A stretch of 64,000 bases of DNA, taken from Dehalococcoidia bacterium. Its GTDB lineage: Bacteria; Chloroflexota; Dehalococcoidia; Lucifugimonadales; UBA6952. Each line of letters starts with the position of its first letter. The first letter of the stretch is position 1. The stretch covers positions 2,463-66,462 of the forward strand of contig JBJKVQ010000021.1 of the NCBI GenBank assembly GCA_045562575.1, written 5' to 3'. Positions 1 to 10,376 of the stretch are shown in pieces. The notes under the pieces were generated by a model, which saw only the letters and a list, made by a program, of their open reading frames with translations, had not been told where the DNA came from and searched no databases. The position numbers and the translations under genes are program-made.

Positions 1-475
1 CATTACGACCCATATAGATAATTACCCAAGCATCATTTTCAACTGGTATTTGTTTATGAATATCATTTGGTACATCAGGCCAATAGACAAAATCACCAGG
101 CTTGATTATCGTATCAAGAGTTTTCGTAACTTGATTAGTATCATTTCCTTTTACAACCCACTGTGTGTAGTATTGTTCTCTTATATAACCACATAAAGCA
201 CCCCAACTGCCATGATTATGTATAGCAGTTGGACCATCAAATTTCGCTAATTGTAGCACTGGTCCATGAGGATCATTATCTTCGTATAAAACATAGGATT
301 CAGCAGCATTTGCACCTCTTCCACGATGATTACCAAATCTAAATAAATCTTCAATATTCGCTAGATTAGACAATTCTTCTGCAATCTTTGCTAAATTTTC
401 CTCATTGATTCCTTCTTTTTCAATTATTTCTTTTGAAAAAGCTACAAATTTTACAATTAGATCATTTTTTTTCAT
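1..475 (-). CDS. Cupin, cysteine/thiol dioxygenase-like protein (3' end runs off the window; absent from the ORF track)
   Basis: Manual translation from ATG at 475 gives MKKNDLIVKF...PTAIHNHGSWGALCG...PNDIHKQ..., open to the window edge. H-x-H-x-x-W plus downstream D-I-H fits the 3-His cupin motif of the CDO family. Confidence 0.65.
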   Translation of the reverse strand, partial: MKKNDLIVKFVAFSKEIIEKEGINEENLAKIAEELSNLANIEDLFRFGNHRGRGANAAESYVLYEDNDPHGPVLQLAKFDGPTAIHNHGSWGALCGYIREQYYTQWVVKGNDTNQVTKTLDTIIKPGDFVYWPDVPNDIHKQIPVENDAWVIIYMGRN

Positions 476-486
476 CGAGATTATCC

Positions 487-1464
487 TTATAAGTAAATTC
501 CTGATTTATTTGCAAGCATTTTTGAAAGTCCATATAGTGTTTTAATATTCGGAACTTTTATATCCAATATATCGGCAAGTTCTACTACAGAACCAATAAT
601 ACTTTCTAATTCAATCGGTCGACCTTGTTCATAATCTTGCAACATAGATGTTTTATGTTCCCCAACACTATTTGCACCATCGAGTCGTTGATCAACAGAA
701 ACTTGCATTTTAACACCCAAAGCAGTAGCCACCAGTTCTGCTTCCAACATTACATTTCGAGCAAAATCTCTTGTAAGAGAATCTTCTGTTATATCTTTCA
801 AACTACCCCTGGTTAACATACTAATAGGATTCATGGCTATATTGCCCATTAATTTAACCCATATCTCGTTGCGTAAATTTGGCCTTACCGGACTTTTAAA
901 TCCTGCCTTAATCAATGCAGCTGAAAGAATTTTACATCTTTCGGAAATACTTCCATCTGGTTCTCCTAAAGAAAATCTATCTCCTTCCAAATGAGTTACT
1001 ACACCTGGATTTGAAATAATTGCAGATGGATATACGATACATCCAATTACTCTTGTATTTTCTATGTGTGATTCAATAATACCTTTAGGATCTAAAGAAT
1101 TGAGTTTTGTATTTTTAAAATCTGAATCTAATCCATAAAAATACCACCAAGGTATACCATTTTGAGCAGTTACTACTGCAGTATTTTCATTACACAAATA
1201 TGGTATATTCTCTGCTATTGCTTCTAATCCATTAGTTTTAACCGTAATAAAGAGATAATCCACAGGCCCAACATCTTTTGGATCTTCTGACAATGAAGGA
1301 TAAGCAGTAATGGTTTCTCCAGATTCAACTACTGTCAATCCTGATGTCTGCATTGCTTTTAAATGAGGGCCTCTTGCAATTAATGTTACATCTTCACCAC
1401 TGAGATGAAGTTTAGCTCCCAATAAAGCACCTATAGCTCCAGCTCCATATATAGCTATCTTCAT
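487..1464 (-). CDS. panE: Ketopantoate reductase (ApbA/PanE) family; PanE2/oxalyl-CoA reductase-like
   Basis: GAGAIG Rossmann motif, QNGIPWWYF, IWVKL, KTSMLQD..GRPIE; directly downstream of an oxalate-CoA ligase-like gene. Confidence 0.85.
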   Translation of the reverse strand: MKIAIYGAGAIGALLGAKLHLSGEDVTLIARGPHLKAMQTSGLTVVESGETITAYPSLSEDPKDVGPVDYLFITVKTNGLEAIAENIPYLCNENTAVVTAQNGIPWWYFYGLDSDFKNTKLNSLDPKGIIESHIENTRVIGCIVYPSAIISNPGVVTHLEGDRFSLGEPDGSISERCKILSAALIKAGFKSPVRPNLRNEIWVKLMGNIAMNPISMLTRGSLKDITEDSLTRDFARNVMLEAELVATALGVKMQVSVDQRLDGANSVGEHKTSMLQDYEQGRPIELESIIGSVVELADILDIKVPNIKTLYGLSKMLANKSGIYL

Positions 1465-1481
1465 ATTTTTTCCTTAGAGTA

Positions 1482-2999
1482 TTAAGATGATGCTAATTCT
1501 TCTGCAACTAAACGACGTTGAATTTTTCCAGTCGCAGTTCGTGGAATGGAATCAACGATATAAATTCTTCGTGGGCATTTGAAATTAGCTAATTTTTCAC
1601 GCACAAAAGAAATAAGTTCTGATTCAGTAACTTCTCCGCTTAATACTACTGCAGCAGAAGGTTCCTCTCCATGAACTGTACTTGGTGCACCAAATGCTAC
1701 CGCCTCAGCAACTTCAGGATGATCCATCAATGCTTCATCTATTTCTCTTGGTGATATTTTTTCACCACTTCTATTGATTAATTCTTTTAATCTTCCAGTT
1801 AGACTTAAATAACCATTATCGTCAATTACACCCTGATCTCCAGTTCTAAACCATCCATTGGTGAAAGCAGTGCTATTAGCTTCTGGATTATCTTCATATG
1901 CATCAATTACATTTGTACCCTTAATAACTACCTCACCTAGTTCATGATTCTCAAGTAAGTTTCCTTCTTCATCCATTATTGCAATTTCTATGCCGGTTGG
2001 CGTACCAACAGAGCCTGGGAATCTATCATTTGGTGGTAATGGATTTGATGACATTTGATGAGATGCTTCAGTCATTCCATAAGCCTCCAAAACTGGTACC
2101 TGGAAAATAGATTCCAAATCATCCATCAATATTGGAGCTAATGAGGAACTACAGGACCTAATAAATCTCAATTCAGAATTTATTTGTGCATCTTTACCTT
2201 TGCTTTGACTTTTTATTCTGTTAACAAAAGTCTGGTGCATTGTTGGAACTGCTGTGTACCATGTTACATTAAAATCACTAATCCATTGATTCATTCTTAA
2301 TGGATTAAACCCTGAAGGTATTACAACTGTACCACTTGTAGCCAATGTAGAAAGTAATGATGCAACCAAACCATGTACATGAAATAATGGCATAACACAC
2401 AATGAAACATCACTGTTATTTAAATTATATGTGTCAGCAATATTTGAAATTGATGATAATAAATTACTATGCTTCAATGGGACCCTTTTAGGTCTACTTG
2501 TAGTTCCACTTGTGTGTAAAACTAAAGCCACATCTTCAGAAGAAGCGTATGTGCCAGAAGATGAAGCTTCATCAATATCTTTTAAAGATACCTCACCTTC
2601 CTCAGTAACAACGACTGTTGCCACAGTCACATCATTATTCAAAAAATCGAGATTAGAATGATCAAAATCTTCAGGAACAATAACAACTTTAGCATCTGTA
2701 TCATCTAAATAAAATTCTAATTCATCACGTTTATATCCAGGATTTAACGGGGCAGCTGTACCAATTGACGCTGCAGAAATAAAGCAAAGAACAGTTTCTA
2801 TAGCGTTAGGTAATATCATTGCTACTCGATCACCAGGAGTAACGCCAATATTTTGCAATTGACTATTTATTCTATTAATTTGGTTTAGCACATTAGCATA
2901 AGTTAAACTAATTCCTTCTGGAGTTTTAAGAGCAATGTTGTCTTGTTTAGCATTTGCAATGACGTCCATTAGAATATTAGCATTATTTAAATTACTCAT
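1482..2999 (-). CDS. Acyl-CoA synthetase, oxalate-CoA ligase (AAE3/Pcs60/Oxs)-like
   Basis: LHTSGTTSRPKRVPL, PLFHVHGL, FIRSCSSSL, EAYGMTEASHQM, WFRTGD, TGKIQR. Start moved to ATG 2999, which has GGGAGAG upstream. Confidence 0.85.
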   Translation of the reverse strand: MSNLNNANILMDVIANAKQDNIALKTPEGISLTYANVLNQINRINSQLQNIGVTPGDRVAMILPNAIETVLCFISAASIGTAAPLNPGYKRDELEFYLDDTDAKVVIVPEDFDHSNLDFLNNDVTVATVVVTEEGEVSLKDIDEASSSGTYASSEDVALVLHTSGTTSRPKRVPLKHSNLLSSISNIADTYNLNNSDVSLCVMPLFHVHGLVASLLSTLATSGTVVIPSGFNPLRMNQWISDFNVTWYTAVPTMHQTFVNRIKSQSKGKDAQINSELRFIRSCSSSLAPILMDDLESIFQVPVLEAYGMTEASHQMSSNPLPPNDRFPGSVGTPTGIEIAIMDEEGNLLENHELGEVVIKGTNVIDAYEDNPEANSTAFTNGWFRTGDQGVIDDNGYLSLTGRLKELINRSGEKISPREIDEALMDHPEVAEAVAFGAPSTVHGEEPSAAVVLSGEVTESELISFVREKLANFKCPRRIYIVDSIPRTATGKIQRRLVAEELASS

Positions 3000-3149
3000 A
3001 ATCTCTCCCAAATATTTATTCCATTAGAAAAGCAATTGTACCATGATTTGGAACCTTTGCTTAGTATATGATATACTCAATTTCCACTGTCGCAAGTAAA
3101 GCTTCAATTATTGTTTGGTATTTAAGTAAATTATGGGATATTTAAACAA

Positions 3150-3860
3150 ATGAAAGTAACAATCGTAGATGGTCATTCAGAAGACCCAGAAGAAATATCT
3201 ACATGCATTAAAACTAGATGGCCTGAAGCAATAGTTACTTTAACTACTGCTCAAGAAGACACACTTAGACTTATAAAAAACACACTCCCAGATCTTGTAA
3301 TCATTGATCTTGCACCAAAAGAAGAAAATGGCTTTTACTTATGTAAAGAAATTAGATACTTTTCAGAAGTTCCAATTATCATGCTTTCTAATAATTCTGA
3401 TGATAGGAGTGTTGTAAAAGGACTTGAATGGGGAGCAGATGACTGGATTATTAAGCCATTCAGTTATATACAGTTTTTAGCAAGAATTCAGGCAGTTATA
3501 AGAAGAAGTCGAACACTTCCAACTGTCCCGCTAAGGCAATTAGCCCAAAATGACACTCCCTTTGAAACAAAAGATCTAACAGTTGAATTCGATTCAAAAG
3601 AAGTAAAAGTTCGAGGAAAACAAGCAAAATTAACCTCTATTGAATATAATATCCTTTTCCACCTGATTAAAAATCTTGGACGCCCTATATCTAGTGAACA
3701 ACTCTTAGATAAAGTATGGGGACAACAATACTTAGATACAAAATATCTTCCTAAGATACATATCCAACATCTTAGACAGAAAATAGAACGAGACCCAACA
3801 AAACCAAAAATTATAGTCACCGAAAGAGGTCAAGGCTATAAATTGGTCATATCTCGATAG
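3150..3860 (+). CDS. OmpR/PhoB-family response regulator
   Basis: Receiver domain (VIIDL, GADD, KPF) plus winged-helix output (LT.IEY, VWG, HIQHLRQKIE, T.RG.GY). Confidence 0.9.
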   Translation: MKVTIVDGHSEDPEEISTCIKTRWPEAIVTLTTAQEDTLRLIKNTLPDLVIIDLAPKEENGFYLCKEIRYFSEVPIIMLSNNSDDRSVVKGLEWGADDWIIKPFSYIQFLARIQAVIRRSRTLPTVPLRQLAQNDTPFETKDLTVEFDSKEVKVRGKQAKLTSIEYNILFHLIKNLGRPISSEQLLDKVWGQQYLDTKYLPKIHIQHLRQKIERDPTKPKIIVTERGQGYKLVISR

Positions 3861-3884
3861 AATAAATAAATTAAAAGGACAAAA

Positions 3885-6461
3885 ATGACTACTACTAATG
3901 AATACCAATTATCAACTAAAATAAAACCTACTAATTATAATTTATCCCTCACACCTGACTTTAATAGTATGACCTTTAGTGGCAAAGTAATCATAGAATT
4001 ATCAATGTTTGAGCCTACCAATCAAATTACCATGAATGCAATTGAATTAGATTTGATAAATTCATCTATCACTACAGATTCAGGCATATTGCCTTCTAAC
4101 AACTTCAAATATAATGAAGAAAAAGAACAAGTAACAATAAATTTTGATAAAACTATCAATGAATCTAGTGTTGTTCTATCTATTGAGTTTACAGGAATTT
4201 TAAATGATAGATTGCATGGTTTTTATCGTAGTTCCTATGAAGACGAAAATGGAAATCAGAAAATTATGGCTTGCACCCAGTTTGAGCCAACTGATGCTAG
4301 AAGAGCTTTCCCTTGTTGGGATGAACCAGAAATTAAGAGCACATTTGAAATAGTATTAAATGTTCCACAAGAAATGGAAGCTATCTCAAATATGCCAATG
4401 ACCAAAGAAGAAGTTTCTGAAAATAATTACAAAAAAGTATTTTTTGATAAAACACCTATTATGTCTACATACCTTCTTGCATTCATAATTGGTGACCTAG
4501 ATAAATGTACAACGATAGCCGAAAATAATGTTGAAATTAACGTATGGGCTACAAAACACAATGTAATACACGGAGAATTTGCACTCCAGGTTGCTAAAGA
4601 TTTACTTAAATATTACAACGATTACTTCCAAATTGATTATCCTTTACCAAAACTTGATCATTTAGCAATTCCTGACTTTGCAGCCGGTGCAATGGAAAAT
4701 TGGGGGGCAATTACATATAGAGAAGTAGCCTTACTATTTGATGAAAAGAATTCTGCACCTGCAACAAAACAACGAATAGCTGAAATTGTTGCTCATGAAA
4801 TGGCTCATATGTGGTTCGGTGACTTGGTAACAATGAAATGGTGGAATGATTTATGGCTCAATGAAAGTTTTGCATCATGGATGGCCACAAAAGCCATTGA
4901 CAACCTTTTTCCTGAATGGAATATGTGGACTCAATTTATTTATACAGATTACAACTCAGGACTATCTTTAGATGGGCTAGAAAATTCACACCCAATAGTT
5001 CAAGCAGTAAATAACCCTTCTGAAATTAACCAATTATTTGACGCCATAAGTTACAGCAAAGGGGCATCTATAATACGCATGCTTGAGACCTATGTTGGCG
5101 AAGATAAATTTAGAAATGGTTTAAGAAAATATATGCAACTATACAAATACTCTAATGCAGAAGGAAATGATTTATGGGAGTGCGTCCAGGAAGCATCTGG
5201 AATGGAAATCATACCTATGATGGAAAGCTGGACAAAACAAACTGGATATCCTGTTGTAAACGTTACATGGGAAACAAATTCTAAATTGAATCTCACTCAA
5301 GAACGATTCCTTTACTCTAATAAAACTAACCTTAATGATACTTGGTTAGTACCAATATCAATTGTTAGTGGGAAAAGCATGGATAAAGTCGACTCTTTTA
5401 TTCTCAATACCGAGTCAACTACAATTGATACTCCAACAGATGCTAATAATGGCTTTATGAAAGTCAATTATGACACTGCAGGTTTCTATAGAGTTAATTA
5501 TCCTAAGGAACACTGGAAAAATCTATCAGAACTTATTAATAAACAGTTATTAAAACCTACCGATCGATTATCCGTACAATCTGATGCATATGCTCTAGCT
5601 AAGGCACGTAAGATTAGTGCAACAGTATTTTTAGAATTGATTAAATCCTATAATAATGAAAAAGATTTTGGTGTGTGGAGCGACTTAACTACAAACATGA
5701 GATCTATTGATTTACTACTGAGAAAAACTCAATTGGGAAAAATATATAGAAATATGTGCGTGGAAACCCTCAAACCTATTGGAGAAAAACTAGGATGGGA
5801 AGTAAGCCCAAATGAAGGTCATTTAGAATCCTTACTACGAACTACAATTCTATCTTCTCTTGGAAGCTTTGGCGATAAAGATACAATTAACAAATCAATA
5901 GAATTATTAGAACAATTTTTCTCAGAGAAAATTTCATTAGCACCTGAGCTACGATCTATTGTATATAATTTATCTGCACAAACAGGAGATAAAAAAATAT
6001 ACAACCTTATATTAGACCGAGCGCGTAAAGAACAATTACAAGAGGAAAAACTACGTTTATATGCCTCTCTATGCAGGGTTGAAAATGACGAGTTATTCAA
6101 TCAAACATTGAAACTAAGTATAAGTGATGAAATTAGAACCCAAGATACTGTTTCCTTATTATCACTTATGTCTATTAACAGAAATAATGGTGCAGAAACA
6201 ACTTGGGATTTCATTCAATCAAATTGGAACCTCTTAAACGAAAGATATGGATCTGGGGGATTTGCAATGATGCGACTCGTTGGAATTACAGGAAATTTAC
6301 TTACACAATCCGATTACAATAATGTTGAAGAATTTTTTAATCAACATCCTATTGAATCGGCATATAGAACTCTACAACAATCACTAGAAAGAATAGATGC
6401 AAATATTGCTTGGCTCGAACACCATATTGATGAAATTGAGTCGTTATTACAATCTAGATAA
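3885..6461 (+). CDS. pepN: M1-family aminopeptidase N (puromycin-sensitive type)
   Basis: TQFEPTDARRAFPCWDEP, GAMENWG, HEMAHMWFG...WLNESFA zinc motif, YSKGAS. Confidence 0.95.
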   Translation: MTTTNEYQLSTKIKPTNYNLSLTPDFNSMTFSGKVIIELSMFEPTNQITMNAIELDLINSSITTDSGILPSNNFKYNEEKEQVTINFDKTINESSVVLSIEFTGILNDRLHGFYRSSYEDENGNQKIMACTQFEPTDARRAFPCWDEPEIKSTFEIVLNVPQEMEAISNMPMTKEEVSENNYKKVFFDKTPIMSTYLLAFIIGDLDKCTTIAENNVEINVWATKHNVIHGEFALQVAKDLLKYYNDYFQIDYPLPKLDHLAIPDFAAGAMENWGAITYREVALLFDEKNSAPATKQRIAEIVAHEMAHMWFGDLVTMKWWNDLWLNESFASWMATKAIDNLFPEWNMWTQFIYTDYNSGLSLDGLENSHPIVQAVNNPSEINQLFDAISYSKGASIIRMLETYVGEDKFRNGLRKYMQLYKYSNAEGNDLWECVQEASGMEIIPMMESWTKQTGYPVVNVTWETNSKLNLTQERFLYSNKTNLNDTWLVPISIVSGKSMDKVDSFILNTESTTIDTPTDANNGFMKVNYDTAGFYRVNYPKEHWKNLSELINKQLLKPTDRLSVQSDAYALAKARKISATVFLELIKSYNNEKDFGVWSDLTTNMRSIDLLLRKTQLGKIYRNMCVETLKPIGEKLGWEVSPNEGHLESLLRTTILSSLGSFGDKDTINKSIELLEQFFSEKISLAPELRSIVYNLSAQTGDKKIYNLILDRARKEQLQEEKLRLYASLCRVENDELFNQTLKLSISDEIRTQDTVSLLSLMSINRNNGAETTWDFIQSNWNLLNERYGSGGFAMMRLVGITGNLLTQSDYNNVEEFFNQHPIESAYRTLQQSLERIDANIAWLEHHIDEIESLLQSR

Positions 6462-7508
6462 AATTGAAACTAACTCATCACCTAGTTGCTGTGTAGTAGC
6501 AGTTCCACCTAAATCAGGAGTTAATACATTTTTTTCTTCAACTAGTTGATGTACAGATCGAATTATTTTTCTATCTAATGCTGATTCACCTAAATGCCTA
6601 AGCATCATACCAGCAGATAAAACCGCTGCTATTGGGTTAGATATATTTTTGCCCACTATATCAGGAGCACTTCCATGTACAGGCTCAAACAAAGAAGGAA
6701 AGGTTTTTTCCGGGTTAATATTAGCACTAGGTGCTAAACCCATACTACCTGTAATTACAGCAGCAATATCAGATAAAATGTCACCAAACAAATTGCTACC
6801 AACAATTACGTCAAACTCTGATGGCCTGCGTATTAAATCCATACAAGCTGCATCAACCAATAATGATTCTGTTTGAACATTTGGATATTCCAATGAAACT
6901 TCTTGAAATACTTTATCCCAAAAAACCATTCCATATCTTTGAGCATTAGATTTAGTAACAGAAGTAAGTTTAGGTGTATCAGACCTTGAAATTGAAACTT
7001 CAAAAGCATATCGAATTATTCGCTCAGTTCCTTTTCGAGTAAAAATAGCAGTCTGAATTGCTACTTCATCTTCAGTATCAGGTTTGAAATTTCCACCCAC
7101 TGATGCATATTCACCTTCAGTGTTTTCTCTTACTACAACTAAATCTACACTTGGGTTAGAAAGTGGCGAAACAACTCCTGGAAACAAAGTGTTAGGTCTA
7201 AGACAAACATATTGATCCAAACCTTTTCTCATAGGAATTAATAAACCATTCAAAGTTATATGGTCTGGAATTTCAGGGTCCCCTACGGCTCCAAAATATA
7301 TAGCATCAAAAGTTTTTAGGGTTTCTAAACCATCATCAGGCATCATTAATCCATTTGCACGATAATAATCAGAACCCCAATCAAAATATTCAAAGTGAAA
7401 GGTTATTTCCTCTTGTTCTTCTAATAATTTAAGAACTTTGATTCCTTCATCAATAACCTCAGAACCTATACCGTCTCCCGGTATGACTGCTATGGAATAA
7501 GTATTCAT
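6447..7508 (-). CDS. Tartrate dehydrogenase/decarboxylase (D-malate dehydrogenase)-like, isocitrate/isopropylmalate dehydrogenase family
   Basis: IPGDGIG, RENTEGEY, TKSNAQ, NLFGDILSD, FEPVHGSAPDI. Confidence 0.85.
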   Translation of the reverse strand: MNTYSIAVIPGDGIGSEVIDEGIKVLKLLEEQEEITFHFEYFDWGSDYYRANGLMMPDDGLETLKTFDAIYFGAVGDPEIPDHITLNGLLIPMRKGLDQYVCLRPNTLFPGVVSPLSNPSVDLVVVRENTEGEYASVGGNFKPDTEDEVAIQTAIFTRKGTERIIRYAFEVSISRSDTPKLTSVTKSNAQRYGMVFWDKVFQEVSLEYPNVQTESLLVDAACMDLIRRPSEFDVIVGSNLFGDILSDIAAVITGSMGLAPSANINPEKTFPSLFEPVHGSAPDIVGKNISNPIAAVLSAGMMLRHLGESALDRKIIRSVHQLVEEKNVLTPDLGGTATTQQLGDELVSILSRL

Positions 7509-7517
7509 ACTATAAAT

Positions 7518-8327
7518 CTATTTTATGCTTGATAAATAAAAAGTGTTAGCTTCTCCAGTAGGTAGTTGAATCTCAACTTCCGAACCTGCTGACATACCAT
7601 ATATAGCTCTACCAATTGGGGATTGAATGGATAACTTTCCTTCTTTTGGGTTAGATTCACTAGATTCAACTAGCATATATGAATTTTGTTTATTAGTAGT
7701 CTTGTTTTTTAAAGTGATGGTAGATCCAACAAATGCAGCTGACTTCCCTCTTCTTTTTATACTTTTTGAATCCATTACTCGCGACTTTTTTAACGTTTCT
7801 TCTATTTCACGAATTCTACCTTCATTTTTCCCTTGGGATTCTCTAGCAGCATCCAAAGGAGCATTTTCACTGAAGTCGCCTGTTGCAGCAGCTTTTCGTA
7901 TATCCTCTGCAATATCTTCTCTCCTCAGTCTTAAATCTCCAACTTCTTCTTCTAATTTATTCCAACCTTCTTGGGTCAACATATCAAACTGCTCTTCATG
8001 ACCCTGTCCACTAAAAGCTGTAGTTTTCCTTTTTCGGATTTTTATATATCGAGATAAATCTAAAACAATTGTTTCGTTTTTATATAAAGTCGCAAAAAAC
8101 TTCTTTAAACTTTTCATACTTGCACTAGAATCAACATTGTTATCATTTATACTCGAACAATATTCTTCTACTTCTACTGGACTCAATGTGGTAATGTCTT
8201 TATCCTGACCAAACCATCTTAAAAGAAGGCCCATAGAATTCTCTGATTCAGAAACTGTACCACTTTTCTGAGATTGCAAATAATCAAACATTACAGCTTG
8301 CAAAGTATTGTTAGAATCCTCACCCAA
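7518..8327 (-). CDS. greA: Transcription elongation factor GreA with an N-terminal extension of about 110 aa
   Basis: C-terminal LT.EG..KL..E, A...GDFSENA.LDAARE, IQSPIGRAIYG. Likely TTG start at 8327 after GGAGGG; the ORF track start at 8369 is probably too long. Confidence 0.85.
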   Translation of the reverse strand: MGEDSNNTLQAVMFDYLQSQKSGTVSESENSMGLLLRWFGQDKDITTLSPVEVEEYCSSINDNNVDSSASMKSLKKFFATLYKNETIVLDLSRYIKIRKRKTTAFSGQGHEEQFDMLTQEGWNKLEEEVGDLRLRREDIAEDIRKAAATGDFSENAPLDAARESQGKNEGRIREIEETLKKSRVMDSKSIKRRGKSAAFVGSTITLKNKTTNKQNSYMLVESSESNPKEGKLSIQSPIGRAIYGMSAGSEVEIQLPTGEANTFYLSSIK

Positions 8328-8528
8328 AATATAAACCCTCCAGACACAGTGTATATATATACTATTCAATAAATAAAATTTGAATCTATTGCAAGTATGT
8401 TAGCTAAGGAAAAAATAGTTCTCACTTTATTTTAACTAGTTCATAGTATAAAATATGATTATACACTAATCCTAAAGATATGGCACTAATTGGTGTATCT
8501 AATACTTTTCAAACGAATGGGAGCATAA

Positions 8529-10376
8529 ATGGGATCAGGTTTTCTTAAAAATACTGGAGCATACCTAGGTATAGCACTCATTGTTATTGGTGTTTTTTAC
8601 CTTATGGTATCAAATCAATCCGCATCAGAAATTGCAATTACTGAAGTTATTTCTCTTGCTCAGGACGATAGAATTGAAAATATAACTGTAGATGGAAATA
8701 ATATTACTATATTAACTAATGATTATCCCCCGCAAAAATTTACTTCCCGAAAAGAATCTGATTCTAGCATGGTAGATATATTACAAAACGCAGGGGTAAC
8801 AAACACAGTAAAAATCACTGTTAAAGGGGCGAGTGGCGTCTCTAATTTTCTAGGTATTATAATTAACTTCCTACCGCTAATATTTTTCGGCGCCATACTC
8901 TTATTTATGATGCGACAAGCTCAAGGTTCTGGTTCTCAAGCAATGAATTTTGGTAGAAGCAAAGCAAGGGTTTCTCTAGGTAACAAACCAGGAGTCACAT
9001 TTGATGATGTAGCTGGTGCAGATGAAGCTAAACTTGAACTTGAAGAGGTTGTAGAATTTTTAAAACATCCTGAACGCTTCCTATCTTTAGGAGCTAAAAT
9101 TCCTCGTGGAGTACTTCTAATTGGACCTCCTGGTACAGGTAAAACATTATTAGCAAAAGCCGTTGCTGGTGAAGCAGGTGTGCCTTTCTTTTCGATCAGT
9201 GGTAGTGAATTTGTAGAAATGTTTGTAGGTGTTGGTGCTGCAAGAGTTAGAGACTTATTTGATCAAGCAAAAAAGAATTCTCCAGCTATAATATTTGTTG
9301 ATGAAATAGATGCAGTAGGTCGCCACCGTGGAGCAGGTTTAGGTGGTGGGCACGATGAAAGAGAACAAACATTAAACCAAATACTTGTTGAAATTGATGG
9401 ATTTGATTCTACTAGCAATGTAATTGTTATTGCTGCCACTAATAGACCAGATATACTAGATCCAGCATTATTAAGACCTGGTCGGTTCGATCGACGAGTA
9501 ACATTAGATTTACCAGATATTGCTGGTAGGCAGGCAATACTTAAAGTTCATTCCCAAGGCAAACCAATCGATGGCAATGTTAATCTTGAAGTAGTTGCCA
9601 AAGAAACACCTGGATTCAGCGGTGCTGATTTAGCAAATTTAGTAAATGAAGCAGCAATTTTAGCTGCTAGACGTTTAAAAACATCGATTACTTTTGATGA
9701 ATTTGGCGAATCTATTGATAGAGTCCTACTTGGACCTGAAAGAAAAAGTAGAATAATTAGTCACTTAGAACGTGAAATAACAGCATATCATGAAGCAGGC
9801 CATACAATCGTTGGACATATGCTACCAGATTGTGACCCAGTTCAAAAAGTATCTATCGTATCTCGTGGAATGGCTGGTGGATATACAAAATCTATACCTG
9901 CTGAAGATCGTCATATGTATAGTTTAGATCAATTTAAAAGCATGATGGCAATGGCCATGGGTGGTAGAGTCGCTGAACAAATTATATTTGAAAAAATTAC
10001 CACTGGGGCAAGTAATGACCTTGAAAATGCAACAAGAATGGCACGAAACATGGTTGTTCGATATGGAATGAGTGAAAATCTAGGACCTAGAACATTTGGT
10101 GAAAGAGAAGAAATGGTATTTCTTGGAAGACAAATAAGTGAACAAAGAGATTATAGTGATAATATTGCTCAACAGATTGATGAAGAAGTGAAATCCCTTG
10201 TAACAGAGGCTTATGATCTTGCTCACACTATGATAAGCAAGCATCGAGCCAAACTTGTTCAATTAGCAAGGCACTTATTAACTCACGAAACCGTTGAAGG
10301 TGAAGAATTAATTAGTCTATTAGACTCTGAAGCTCCTCCAATTGAATCTGAGGTTATCCATCAACCAAATGAATAA
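8529..10376 (+). CDS. ftsH: ATP-dependent zinc metalloprotease FtsH
   Basis: Two TM segments, [43 protein letters not shown]. Confidence 0.98.
   Translation: MGSGFLKNTGAYLGIALIVIGVFYLMVSNQSASEIAITEVISLAQDDRIENITVDGNNITILTNDYPPQKFTSRKESDSSMVDILQNAGVTNTVKITVKGASGVSNFLGIIINFLPLIFFGAILLFMMRQAQGSGSQAMNFGRSKARVSLGNKPGVTFDDVAGADEAKLELEEVVEFLKHPERFLSLGAKIPRGVLLIGPPGTGKTLLAKAVAGEAGVPFFSISGSEFVEMFVGVGAARVRDLFDQAKKNSPAIIFVDEIDAVGRHRGAGLGGGHDEREQTLNQILVEIDGFDSTSNVIVIAATNRPDILDPALLRPGRFDRRVTLDLPDIAGRQAILKVHSQGKPIDGNVNLEVVAKETPGFSGADLANLVNEAAILAARRLKTSITFDEFGESIDRVLLGPERKSRIISHLEREITAYHEAGHTIVGHMLPDCDPVQKVSIVSRGMAGGYTKSIPAEDRHMYSLDQFKSMMAMAMGGRVAEQIIFEKITTGASNDLENATRMARNMVVRYGMSENLGPRTFGEREEMVFLGRQISEQRDYSDNIAQQIDEEVKSLVTEAYDLAHTMISKHRAKLVQLARHLLTHETVEGEELISLLDSEAPPIESEVIHQPNE

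Noticed and set aside
7990-8327. Integrase remnant or prophage boundary
   Set aside because: Only a core-binding-like segment fused in frame to greA. No catalytic R-H-R-Y domain, att site, tRNA or phage genes nearby.
8571-8597. CIRCE element near ftsH (TAGCACTC)
   Set aside because: It lies inside the coding sequence and the second half-site GAGTGCTAA is absent.
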